From an uncultured Oscillospiraceae bacterium (GTDB taxonomy: Bacteria; Bacillota; Clostridia; Oscillospirales; Acutalibacteraceae): a stretch of DNA of 54,636 nt. Position 1 is the first letter of the stretch; every line of letters starts with the position of its first letter. The stretch spans positions 1 through 54,636 of the forward strand of contig URGA01000001.1 of NCBI GenBank assembly GCA_900547275.1, given 5' to 3'. This document shows positions 39,493 to 50,500 of the stretch, in pieces. Made by a program: the position numbers and the translations under genes. Under the pieces are notes generated by a model. That model searched no databases. It saw only the letters and a program-made list of their open reading frames with translations, and was not told the DNA's origin.

Positions 39493-39950
39493 CAGTCTTC
39501 CTTTTTGTGATCTTTTTCAAGGCGGTCAATAAAGAGAATACCGTCAAGATGGTCTATTTCATGGCAGAATGCTCTGGCTTTCAAATCATCGCCTGTATAA
39601 ACGTGCCATTTTCCGTTTCTGTCCTGTCCTTTAACCTGAACGTGCTGGGGACGGATAGTTGTTTCATATCTACCCGGAAGAGAAAGACAGCCTTCCTGAG
39701 CGTGCTGTTCTCCTTCTGCAAGAGTTATTTCCGGATTGACAAGTTCCATAGGACCGTCACCGCAGTCGATAACAACAATGCGTTTAAGAATACCTACCTG
39801 TACCGCCGCAAGTCCTACGCCGTCGCTGTGATACATTGTTTCAAACATATCGTCAATAAGTGTTGCAATTTTCTCATCAAAAACTTCAACTTTTCTGCTT
39901 TTCTTTTTAAGTATCGGATCGCCGTATTTAACAACATTCCTTAAAGCCAT
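39492..39950 (-). CDS. def: Peptide deformylase
   Basis: GLAAVQVG, EGCLS and HEIDH motifs. ATG at 39950 follows AGGAGA. Confidence 0.95.
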   Translation of the reverse strand: MALRNVVKYGDPILKKKSRKVEVFDEKIATLIDDMFETMYHSDGVGLAAVQVGILKRIVVIDCGDGPMELVNPEITLAEGEQHAQEGCLSLPGRYETTIRPQHVQVKGQDRNGKWHVYTGDDLKARAFCHEIDHLDGILFIDRLEKDHKKED

Positions 39951-39960
39951 TTTTATTCTC

Positions 39961-42195
39961 CTAACATAAATCGCAGGGATTAAGATCCACTGAAATGGAA
40001 ACATCCCTGATGTCTTTCATCTTACCTGTAATTTTTAACACTTCTGTAAGCAATTTGCGAACAGATTTTGAATTTCTGCATTTAATTGCCAATCTATATC
40101 TGTAATGATTGCTTATTTTAGAAATTTTAGCAGGTGATGGACCCAACACAATAAGTTTTTCCTGCGCCTTCGAGTTACATTCAACAAGAGTTTCGAAAAA
40201 TGCCTTAGCTCCTAAAGCGGCGTGATTTTCATTCTCACTTACGAATGACACAGAAAATATATCGCAAAACGGCGGATACGTAAGGATTTTCCGAAGAGCA
40301 TACTCCGTTTCAAAAAAGCCTTTATAATCCTGCTCTGCCGCATAAGTAATTGTCTGGTTATTTGGATTTATAGTCTGAATAACGGCAATTCCGCTTTCAT
40401 CACGTCTGCCGCTTCTTCCGATTACCTGAGTGATCAAGTCAAATGAACGCTCTGCGCTCAGATAATTTTCATCATAAAGAGTATTGTCTGCATTAACGAC
40501 GCCTACAAGTGTAACGTCGTCAAAGTCAAGGCCCTTAGCTACCATCTGGGTGCCTACAAGCACATCGTATTCGTGATTTTTAAACACGTCAAACAACTGC
40601 TGATGCCGAAATTTGCCGCTTGTTGTATCAGCGTCCATTCTTAAAACTTTCGCCTGAGGAAGAAATGAACGTATTTCATCTTCAATTCTCTGGGTGCCGT
40701 AACCACTATATCTCACAGCATGACTGCCGCAGGAAGGACAGATATTGTCCAGAGGTTTTGTGTATCCGCAGTAGTGGCACATCAGGCTGTTATTGTAGCT
40801 GTGATAAGTCAGAGAAATTGAGCAGTTCGGGCAGGTTATAACATGGCCGCAGTCATTGCAGGCAATAAATGTATTATAACCTCTCCTGTTAATAAGGAGT
40901 ATCGTCTGCTTGTTTTTTTCAAAATTCTCGGTCATGAGATCCCGCAGACATTCTGAAATCGGTGAATGATTTTTACGCCGAAGTTCCTCTTTCATATCTA
41001 CAGTGATTACTTTCGGGAGTTTTGCTTCGCCGTATCTTTCTGTAAGTTCGCAAAGAACATATTTTCCCTGAACAGCATAAGAATAGCTTTCAACGCTGGG
41101 TGTTGCTGAAGTCATTAAAAACAAGGCGTTGCTCTGACGCGCTCTGAACTTAGCAACATCTCTGGCATGATATCTCGGGGTTCGCTCGCTTTTATAAGTG
41201 TTTTCCTGCTCTTCGTCCATAATTATCAGACCGATATTATGAAGCGGCGCGAAAACTGCGCTTCTGGTGCCGATAACTATTTTTGCCTCTCCCCTGTCAG
41301 CGCGCCTGTATTCATCGTTGCGTTCACCCATAGAAAGGCCGCTGTGAAAAACAGCCACCTGTGTTCCGTAACGGCTGTGAAACAAACCGAGAGCCTGAGG
41401 AGTTAAGCTGATTTCAGGCACCATAACTATAACATCCTTGCCGAGTACCAGGGCTCTGTCAATCAATTTCATATAGACAGAGGTCTTTCCGCTTCCGGTA
41501 ACGCCGAAAAGCAGACCGCATCCGCCGTCCGTCTCAAGCATTTTGGAATATACGTTATACGCTTTCTGCTGTTCAGTTGAAAGACAAATTTCATCTCTTA
41601 CTGAAACGGCAGAAATATCTTTATAAGGATTGCGGTAAACCTCTTTTTTATATATGCGCAATACACCGTATTTTTCAAGGTTTTTAATTACGCTTTCGCC
41701 TACACTGCAAAAATCTAGAATTTCCTCAACTGAAGCCGTACCTATATCAAGTAGCAAATCAGCAACAAGACGCTGTTTCGGCGTCAGTTTCGGCAGTTGT
41801 TCTTCGCTTTCAACAGTCAGTTCCGCCATGCGTTTACCGGCTGTTTTTATTTTACCGAAACCTCTCGGAAGCATTTGCTGTAAACAGTCGTAAGTTGTGC
41901 AAAAGCATCTTTCTTTAAGCCACAAAGCAAGTTCAACCATATCACTGCTCAATTTAAAGCCACTGGTATCAATCGCTGAAATCTCTTTAAGCGACTTATT
42001 TATCCCGTAATATAAATGAACAATTATGCCCTTGCGCTTTTTATTTCCGTTTCCGAAAGGCACATCAACAGACATGCCGACTTGTGCGGTCTTTTCATAC
42101 TCCGCGGGCACTAAATAGTCATAATCGCTGTCGGGACTGAAAAAAGTTCTTGCTACCGCAACTGTTGCAATAAGGCGATTTAAATCAGTTTTCAC
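39961..42195 (-). CDS. priA: Primosomal protein N' (replication restart helicase PriA)
   Basis: Walker A GVTGSGKT, DEEQ box and a Cys-rich zinc region (CNDCGH..CPNC..CHYCG..CPSCG). 744 aa. GTG start. Confidence 0.95.
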   Translation of the reverse strand: MKTDLNRLIATVAVARTFFSPDSDYDYLVPAEYEKTAQVGMSVDVPFGNGNKKRKGIIVHLYYGINKSLKEISAIDTSGFKLSSDMVELALWLKERCFCTTYDCLQQMLPRGFGKIKTAGKRMAELTVESEEQLPKLTPKQRLVADLLLDIGTASVEEILDFCSVGESVIKNLEKYGVLRIYKKEVYRNPYKDISAVSVRDEICLSTEQQKAYNVYSKMLETDGGCGLLFGVTGSGKTSVYMKLIDRALVLGKDVIVMVPEISLTPQALGLFHSRYGTQVAVFHSGLSMGERNDEYRRADRGEAKIVIGTRSAVFAPLHNIGLIIMDEEQENTYKSERTPRYHARDVAKFRARQSNALFLMTSATPSVESYSYAVQGKYVLCELTERYGEAKLPKVITVDMKEELRRKNHSPISECLRDLMTENFEKNKQTILLINRRGYNTFIACNDCGHVITCPNCSISLTYHSYNNSLMCHYCGYTKPLDNICPSCGSHAVRYSGYGTQRIEDEIRSFLPQAKVLRMDADTTSGKFRHQQLFDVFKNHEYDVLVGTQMVAKGLDFDDVTLVGVVNADNTLYDENYLSAERSFDLITQVIGRSGRRDESGIAVIQTINPNNQTITYAAEQDYKGFFETEYALRKILTYPPFCDIFSVSFVSENENHAALGAKAFFETLVECNSKAQEKLIVLGPSPAKISKISNHYRYRLAIKCRNSKSVRKLLTEVLKITGKMKDIRDVSISVDLNPCDLC

Positions 42196-42213
42196 AATAA
42201 TCCACCGTAAGGC

Positions 42214-42423
42214 TTATTTTTTCTTAAGTTCGTCCGGTTCTTCAATGACGTATTTACCATTATAAATATCGTCAATAGCCATTGATACGGTTTTAGTATC
42301 AAGGTGCTGTTCGTTTGCATTAGCCTCGTCCTGAATCTCACGGGCGCGCTTTGCAGTGCCCACAACAAGGCTGTAACGGCTGTTAACATTTTTAAGCATT
42401 TCTTTTAAATCAGGATTAAACAT
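42214..42423 (-). CDS. rpoZ: DNA-directed RNA polymerase subunit omega
   Basis: 69 aa with RYSLVVGTAKRAREI motif. Conserved position after gmk. Confidence 0.9.
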   Translation of the reverse strand: MFNPDLKEMLKNVNSRYSLVVGTAKRAREIQDEANANEQHLDTKTVSMAIDDIYNGKYVIEEPDELKKK

Positions 42424-42446
42424 AATATAAAATCTCCGTTTCTAAG

Positions 42447-43031
42447 TTAGTTATTTGAATTTCTTTTTTCAAGTTCATTACAGATAATATCGTTGATTTC
42501 GCGAACTGCAGTATCAAGATCATCATTAAGAACTTTATATTTGTAACAGTCAGATGACTGCATCTCTACTTTGGCAATCTCAAGGCGGTCACGAATTACT
42601 TCGTCTGAATCAGACATTCTGCCGCGCAGACGCTGTTCAAGAATTTCAAAATTCGGCGGGTAAAGGAATATTGAAACGCAGTCGGGACAAATTTTCATTA
42701 CATTCTTTGCTCCCTGCACTTCAATAATTAAAAAGCAGACTTTACCATCGCTGATTGCCTTATTTACGCCTGCTATTGGTGTTCCGTAATAATTTCCCGA
42801 ATACTCAGCGTGTTCAAAAAATCCGCCTTCGTCAATCATTTTTTCAAACTCTTCCCTGGTTTTGAAATAGTAATTGACGCCGTCAACTTCTCCGGGTCTC
42901 GGTTTTCTTGTTGTTGCTGAAATAGATTCAACAACATCATCACGAAGTTTTTCAATAGCCTTAAAAACAGTATCTTTTCCGCATCCGCTGGGAGCAGAAA
43001 GAACAACAAGCAGTCCTTTTTTAGAGTTCAT
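42447..43031 (-). CDS. gmk: Guanylate kinase
   Basis: P-loop SAPSGCGKDT, TTRKPRPGE and YYGT motifs. ATG at 43031 follows GGAGGTG. Confidence 0.95.
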   Translation of the reverse strand: MNSKKGLLVVLSAPSGCGKDTVFKAIEKLRDDVVESISATTRKPRPGEVDGVNYYFKTREEFEKMIDEGGFFEHAEYSGNYYGTPIAGVNKAISDGKVCFLIIEVQGAKNVMKICPDCVSIFLYPPNFEILEQRLRGRMSDSDEVIRDRLEIAKVEMQSSDCYKYKVLNDDLDTAVREINDIICNELEKRNSNN

Positions 43032-43272
43032 CACGCACCTCCGCTGAAAATTTTTCGGCGATTTTTTCCAAATCAAGGTAGGACAGGATGACGTTGTCGC
43101 TGTCCGTAATAATGACGCTCATCGTTTTTCGTCCATGGGTGGCGTCGATGAGAGTTCCCTTTTGCTTACTGTCTTGTACAATACGCTTAACCGGGGCCGA
43201 TTCGGGGCTTACCACCGAAATTACACGGTCCGCATTAACAAGATTGTTGAAGCCGATATTTACCAGTTTCAT
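43021..43272 (-). CDS. remA: RemA/DUF370 family regulator
   Basis: 83 aa. NIGFNNLVNADRVISVVSPESAPVKR...LIDATHGRKT matches B. subtilis YlzA/RemA closely. Confidence 0.88.
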   Translation of the reverse strand: MKLVNIGFNNLVNADRVISVVSPESAPVKRIVQDSKQKGTLIDATHGRKTMSVIITDSDNVILSYLDLEKIAEKFSAEVRDEL

Positions 43273-43273
43273 G

Positions 43274-44152
43274 CTACTCTATATTCTGTATCTGCTCTCT
43301 GATTTTCTCAATCTCGGCTTTTATATCAATTACTTTGGCGGCTATTTCAACGTCATTTGCCTTTGAGCCGATGGTGTTTGTTTCACGATTCATTTCCTGA
43401 ACGAGAAAATCCATTTTTCTGCCGATTGCTTCATCGCTTTCTAAGAAACGATTCATCTGAGCTATATGGGAGCGAAGACGGACAGTTTCCTCAGCAACAG
43501 CAACTTTGTCAGCATATATCGCTGTTTCCTGTAACAGGCGTGCTTCATCAACAGTGATGTCCCCTATAAGGTCATGTACACGCTGAACAAGTTTTTCGTT
43601 ATATTCTTTTACTGTCTCAGGCGAACGCTTTTCAATAAAAGAGACGCAATCAAGAATATAATTGCAACGTCCTGCAATATCCTCTTTCATTTTTTCGCCT
43701 TCAACGCTGCGCATTGCAATAAACTTTGTTACAGCCTCTTCAGCAACTTCTTTTACGTACTGCCAAATTTTTTCTTCATCTTCCTCTGCTTTGCGAACTA
43801 CGAGAACGTCAGGAAAACGTCCAATTGTTGAAGCGCCGAAATCCTCTTTCAGATTGTACTCGCTTTTCAATTCATTAAGAGCCTTAACGTAAGCCGCAGC
43901 CAGTGTGTGATTTACAGCAACATCAGCGGCCTCTGTATTAAGAGCCTCAATACCTACGAAGCATTCTACTTTACCTCTGGCAACTTTTGAATTTATAAAT
44001 GACTTAAGTTTGTCATCAATAAAACCGTACTGTCTCGGAACACGAGACGAAAACTCAAAATATCTGTGATTAACAGATTTAAGCTCAACGGTGATCTGAT
44101 AACCGTCTAACTCTTTGACAGCCCTGCCGAAGCCGGTCATAGACTTGAGCAT
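43274..44152 (-). CDS. yicC: YicC-family (YloC) stress-induced protein
   Basis: N-terminal MLKSMTGFGR and C-terminal DUF1732-like EIEKIREQIQNIE. ATG at 44152 follows GGGAGG. Confidence 0.9.
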   Translation of the reverse strand: MLKSMTGFGRAVKELDGYQITVELKSVNHRYFEFSSRVPRQYGFIDDKLKSFINSKVARGKVECFVGIEALNTEAADVAVNHTLAAAYVKALNELKSEYNLKEDFGASTIGRFPDVLVVRKAEEDEEKIWQYVKEVAEEAVTKFIAMRSVEGEKMKEDIAGRCNYILDCVSFIEKRSPETVKEYNEKLVQRVHDLIGDITVDEARLLQETAIYADKVAVAEETVRLRSHIAQMNRFLESDEAIGRKMDFLVQEMNRETNTIGSKANDVEIAAKVIDIKAEIEKIREQIQNIE

Positions 44153-44185
44153 AAAATACCTCCCAACCAAATAACTATTGCAAAT

Positions 44186-44214
44186 ATTATAGTCGTATTA
44201 ACAATAGCGGTCAA
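44186..44214 (-). promoter_or_regulatory. Sigma-A-type promoter of the yicC-remA-gmk... block
   Basis: Minus strand TTGACC (44214-44209), 17-nt spacer, TATAAT (44191-44186). Confidence 0.55.
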
Positions 44215-44274
44215 CGGTTTGTTAACAGTATATTTACATTATTAACAATAAATTAATATTTAGAAGAAATGCAT

Positions 44275-44320
44275 ATAAAAAACACCTCCCGTGTCAGTTC
44301 ATAGAACCGACACAGGAAGT
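44275..44320 (-). terminator. Rho-independent terminator ending the giant-gene/micropeptide transcript
   Basis: Minus RNA CUUCCUGUGUC-(13 nt)-GACACGGGAGG followed by UGUUUUUU. Confidence 0.75.
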
Positions 44321-44360
44321 ATTTTCATTTTAACTAAATCTGTTCGCAGTTAAAGTTATA

Positions 44361-44507
44361 TTATGAGAAATCAACGAAAAAGTTAGTGTAGTTGGTGGGA
44401 TCCAAGACTTCGTCGCCGCCTTCTTCAATACCACCGGACGTTGTAATTACATCATATGATGTAAACTTCTCAATCTCCAGTTCTGGAGAATCGTAATGTT
44501 GCTTCAT
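44361..44507 (-). CDS. 48-aa acidic micropeptide (candidate RiPP-like precursor), no signal peptide
   Basis: Hand translation gives MKQHYDSPELEIEKFTSYDVITTSGGIEEGGDEVLDPTNYTNFFVDFS. RBS GGAAGGAGA lies 8 nt before the ATG. It starts 22 nt after the giant gene's stop, and a terminator follows about 40 nt downstream. Not in the ORF track (under 60 aa). Confidence 0.5.
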   Translation of the reverse strand: MKQHYDSPELEIEKFTSYDVITTSGGIEEGGDEVLDPTNYTNFFVDFS

Positions 44508-44529
44508 TTTCTAAATCTCCTTCCGTTGA

Positions 44530-47500
44530 TTAAACAGTAACTCCGTTAAAACAGATGTTGCCGTAATCGATTGTCTGAATTACAGTAGTTTCAACGCTGC
44601 CGTCAGGCATCTTAACCTTAGCAGTATATTCATATTTGATATATGCTCTAGTATAATACGCCGAATTATCCTTATTTGAAATTCTAAGGAAATACTGCAT
44701 TGTATCAAGCTGATTCTTAGCGGCAATCTTATTAACGTTCTGAGCACCGATTACAAAAGTATCTCCGCTCTTAGCTGCATTTGAATCCTTAGTATAAATT
44801 GTACCAACTTCTGTAACAGTTACTGCTGAATCACTTTCCGGAACATCCGCTGTAGTAGCACTGTAAGTTGTGTACTTAGTTACACCGTCAAGTGTAGCGT
44901 TTTTAGCTACTGAAGAATAAACAAACGGAAGCTGAGCATCAAGTTTGCTGATAAGTTCACTGTCGCTTTCAGCGTCAAGAACCTTGCCGTTTATTGTATA
45001 AGCTCCATCAGTCTTAGTAATTGCATAGAAATTAGCGTCGCCTACAGCAAAGAATTCATAAGAAGTAAGATATGATGCCACATAATATTTACCGTCAACT
45101 TCAATGGCGATACCATATGAACCCTCGGGTACAGTAACAGTTACTTCTGTATCATAATAGATGGTTCCGCCGTTATTAGGAGTCACGGATTTACCGTCAA
45201 CAGTTACTGTGTACGGACCTGCACCGCTTTCTACGATGTCATACATCGGCATCAAAACAACTACGTTCTCATCATTAACCTTGTCTTTAACGGTGAATTC
45301 AGTGCCGTTGGCAACATTCTTGCCGTTAACAGTCCAAGAATTAAATCTGAAATAAGGTGTATCTGCAACATTCTGTACAGAAGCGCCAATCTTATACTGA
45401 TTCTGATCAACAGTAATTACTGTATCAGCATCAACATTGTATTCCTGTACCGCATTGCCATACTGGTTAAGTATTCTTACCTTAGCCATTTCAGTATCAG
45501 GTTCCTGTTTTGAACAGTAAGCAGTGATTGTAACGTCGCCGTTGACCATTGCAGTGTAAGAATCTGCAGCAGGAATGTCGTTCTTAGTTCCGCCGTTATC
45601 TGTTACGGACCATCTGTAGCAGCTGTAACCTGCAACATCTGAACCGCCGTCAGAAATTTTGGCAACATAAACATCACCATAATACTGAGCAGGAACATTT
45701 ACTTTTACATCCTTGTCTTCATCGTCAAGATGAATGTTAAATGTAACTGTATATGTTCTGCGAAGATCAGTTTGGTCATTGTTTACTTCTTCAAGAGCGC
45801 TGAGCATAGCAGTTGTTGAAGTATCAAGAGCACCCTGATCATTCTGGTTCTTCCAAACACGGCCTTCAGCTGTTATATAAGCAGTCGGTGCAGACTGATC
45901 TTCAGAATAAGCAGGAGTGTTAACTGTTTTACCGGTTGATACGCCGTTAGAGTATGTAACCTGAGCGTCTCTTGTACCCTGCTGAGCAACTAATGCGTAT
46001 ACAGAACTTTCACTTTCAAGATATTTGTCTGTAAATGCAGCCATATCCTGATACTTGAGCAATGTAGTTGTTGCATCATATGCATCATAATCTGCGGCAA
46101 CTTTTGCAAGAGCGTTATTTGTATCCTCAAGGTTTGTACCGGCAGTATTAATGTTCTGCTGTTTCTGAGAGAGAACAGATGTCGATACATTATCGATAGT
46201 ATATCTGTAATCTCTTACGTTGATATATTCGCCATCGATGCAAATGTAATCACCGGTCTCAAGATAATTCTCAGAATAGGAACCATCTTCTTCCTTATCG
46301 TAATACTGTCCAACGTAAGCATAGTAGTCAAGATCTTCTACATTATCTTTTACTACGTTGCCGTTTGCGTCAAACGCGATATAGGGACCATATTCACCGT
46401 TATCAGGATTTGTTTTAACATAAGAAACTTCGTACTTCGGAGTATTATCTTTGTAATCCTGAGTATTAGCAGAAATCTTATCTGCTACGCCGTAAGCATC
46501 ACTAAACGGTTTGTATGTAGAATAGGTATAAATCTGATCTTCAACAGATGTACCGTTGCCCTGATCATTATTAATAGTATATACAGTACCGTCAGCTACT
46601 TTTTCATCTACCGGAGTGTAATCAGCCTTTTCTGCTAAATGCGCGTAAGATTTTACAATGTTGTTTGTCAAACGAATAATGGTTTTGTTATCCGTAACGA
46701 ATGGCTGATCTTCACCATAAGGATCAAGAGAATTGAAGTGTTCCTTAACTGCTTTATAAGCAGACTGGAATGCGTTCCAAGTTGAAGATGTATACTGCTT
46801 ATATGCGTCACCTTCAAGAAGCTCTTCATAATTGTCAGAATATCTGTTTTCAGCATCAATGAGAGGCTGATAATCAGCATTCGGAGTTATATTCTTAATG
46901 TCTACTGCTTCCAATGCGTTTACGCTGGATTCAAGTTTATTGGCAAGAGCCTCAACTCTATCCTGGGTTGCACCGCCGTTGGTTGAAGGATCGTCTGGGT
47001 CAAAGAGATATGTTTGACTTGTGAGACTATCATAAGCATCAAGAAGAGCCTTAGCCGAAGCCGGATTATAGTCGTAAATGCTTGAAAGAACATCAAGTCT
47101 TTTACTATCAAACATTGCATTCCTAACAGGTACATAGTTAATGATATATATAGGTGCATTGAATGTAATGTCATGATTAACATATCCACTTGTCCAGAAC
47201 GTACCAGTCCAATAATGCTTAGAATTGTAATGCGGTGTTGTTGATGTCCAATAAGTTGAAGGCTGACTACCTGTATATTTAATATAGTTAGAACCGAATT
47301 TCCAGTTATCGGTCTGACAGCCAACGGTATAGGCATTGGAGTTAGGTTCAGTATTGCCCATCAAAGTACCATAATCAATATACCAGCCTGAAGCATAATG
47401 ATTGCCATTTAGAACTAAAGTATTGTCATCAAAATGCCATAAATCACCCAAAGCAATATCGCCAGACGTTACATATATAGCAGAACCATAAATGCTTACA

Positions 47501-50500
47501 CCACCTTGAGACTTTCTATAAATACCAGCATTAATTGGTGCGGTCATTTCATTTCCGTCATAAAGCCAAACAAAAGAACCACTGCAAATTCCAGAATTAA
47601 ATGAATCTTCTGTTCCGGACTGCTGAACGATAGACGATGTGTTCACTGTAGAAAGCATGTTCTTGGTATACTCAGAAGAAATACCTGTTCCGTTTTGAGT
47701 ATTCCAGCCTTTGACAGTAGTTGGCGAAGTATAGATCTCCATGTTGTTCAACGCATTAGTCATTTCAACATAGATCTCTGTAACTTCTTCAGGTACCATC
47801 TCTTTAGTGCCATTCGTAATAGCAGCTAAATATCTTTTCGCTCTGTCATAGATAACATATGCATCACTCATGTTGGTGTAAATATTCTCACCATTAAGTG
47901 AATTCATCTTTTCTTCAAAATTGCTCATTGCAATTTTAAGAAGAGAATTAGCTAATGTTTTTGAATCCTGAGCAAAAATGCTTTCGGCTGAGAAAATGCC
48001 GTCATAAATTGAGTAACAGTCGATGAAACCATCAGATGCATTACCGTTGAATGAGTATGTTTTACCATAAGCAACGGAATGATCATGATTAAAGAACTCA
48101 TGCATTGAACGTGAGGTTGAATAAGAAGATGTATCACATTCAGTGTATGTATTTACCTTCTTAACAAGGCTGCCGTCAATATAGCAATAAACGATGTCAT
48201 ATCCGCCGGAAGGAACGATCTGGATAACAATATGATTCCATGTATCGGCTGTCAGAGAAGAATCGCCGAAAAGGCCTTCAATCTGAATGGTTGATGCTTC
48301 TCCGCCTTCTTCCCAATTGAATGATAATGTTCCGTTCTCAAGCAATTCAAAATACTGGTTATCAGAAGGAGAACCTACTGAATAAATTGCTTCAGGCTTG
48401 ATTTCACTTCCGGGATTATAGAACATACTGATTGTATATCCTGCTGTGTTGCCAACGTTGCCATGGTAATTATAATGAGAATCAACACCGCTTCCTTTAG
48501 CCTCAGCGTAACTCAAAACCTTACCGTGGATATTCTGAGGATCTTCAACCGTCTGATCGTATTTAGTATATTGTGCTGTACCTTCTGAAGTATCTTCAAA
48601 CGGGTCAAAATAGATACGATGTGAAGAATCAACATCTGTATTAGGAACATCAGAATCTAATTTTGCCAAAGAATTGCTGATGTCGTTTGCGGACAATGCT
48701 TTGTTGTAAATACGGAAATCAGAAATATATCCGTCAAGCATATTGTCCTCGCCGTATGAAGAAATACCAAAGAACAAGTTACTGCTTACCATTTCATTGA
48801 ACCACTCTTCATTCATTGAAGCAAGATAACTCGGTGTACCTTCGGTAGTAACGGTTGACATATCCTTAGAATAAATAGTTCTAAGGAGCTGACCGTCAAC
48901 GAAGAAATGGAAATAGCCGTCAGTAATTGTCATAGTGTAAAGATGCCAATTATTGATGTAGCCGTCGCCCATGTATCCTTTTGACAATGTTGTACTGCCG
49001 TGATTGTTAACGCCGAATTCCATAGCAGCTGTTGCGTAAGCGTATGATTCAGTGTTCTGGCTGTGTTCATTGCCGTCCCAGTAAATTGTACCTTCATCTG
49101 AAGTGGACAAGTCGAAAAAGCGTCCGCTGTTAGCGCTTGTTCCGTATCCGTACCATGAAAGTGTTATACCGTCTTTCGGATTAATTCCGTTTAACAGTTC
49201 CTGGGTATTCTTGAGATAAGCGTAAGTACCGCCCTTATTAGCTGAAGTGCTTGAATTTGAAGTAAATTTCGCAGCAACTCTTCCGTTAAAGTTTGATACT
49301 GATTCAACGCCTACATTTGTAAGAGTGTTTGAACCATTCTTTGAAGCCGCATCATATGTCACATCAGAGTTAGTGAAATAACGCGCAACAAGTGTATCGT
49401 TGATGTCTTCGCCGCTCTTTACTGCAGAAGAGTCATAAGTTTCCTTACCGTATTTATCAGTAAGAGCATTATAATCTTCTGTGGTTATGTATGTAACAGA
49501 ACCATGACGAGGACTAAGATGGCTTATATTGCCTTCGCTTAATCTTCCGGTTACAAGAGTGTCAAGATTCGTTGAACGGAACATAGCAAATCGCGGATTA
49601 CCGTAAGTATCAGCAAGCATTACATATGATCCGTCAGAAACCAGTTTATAAACCTGAGGACCTTCAAGAGAACCTAAATCTGAATCATAAAAATGATTTG
49701 TTCCTGAATAAGGACCGTTAACGTTTGTGCTGGTTGCCCAATACAAATCATCCTCATTATCATTTTTATAGAAGAGATAATAAAGTTCTGATTCATTATC
49801 ATAAATGATATCGCCGTCAATTGTGTCATAAGTAGAACTCATTGACGTATTTGCAATTAAGCGCTTAGGCTCGGAAGTAAAAGTCTTAAAATCAGGAGTA
49901 TAAATATAATAGATAGATGTTGAACCAGCGTCAACAGTCTTATTTGACCAGTAAAGCATATACTCGCCGCGAACGTCATCCCAGATAGCCTGCGGAGCCC
50001 ATGCACGGTCTACAGCCTTACCAAATATATCGGCCATATCGATATTCCACGGTACAGCTTCCTCGATCTTCGTAAGATCTTCTATATGCCAAACAAGTAT
50101 TTTACTGTTGTTTGCCCAGTTAGTACCGTTTTGTGTGTTAAGGTCAGTGGCAAAAACATAATAACTGCCATCCTGAGCTCTCATGATATACGGATCACGA
50201 GCATGTCCTGAATTAGCAATACCCGATCCGGATTCAGGTATGCCTTCTCCCTTAGGATAGCATTCAGAAGCTGTCAGGTTGAGCATCGATCTGTTACCGT
50301 TTAATGCCTCGAAGTTAAGACCATCGTCAGATACAGCCAAATGGATCTGCTCTTCTGTTTCGCCGTTACCGGTGAAGTATGCAAAAAGGTATTTATTCAG
50401 ACTTGTGGGAATATCGCTTGACGCGCTGTTTTTCTCACCGGTGTAGAATGAAATACTTTTGTAGTTCATATTTATGGAGAAATAACTGCTGTCATCGTCA

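Noticed and set aside
39507-39944. 145-aa plus-strand ORF
   Set aside because: It is antisense to def, which carries all three deformylase motifs on the minus strand.
42192-42389. 65-aa minus-strand ORF overlapping rpoZ in another frame
   Set aside because: The rpoZ frame has the conserved omega motif and a good SD. The alternative frame has neither.
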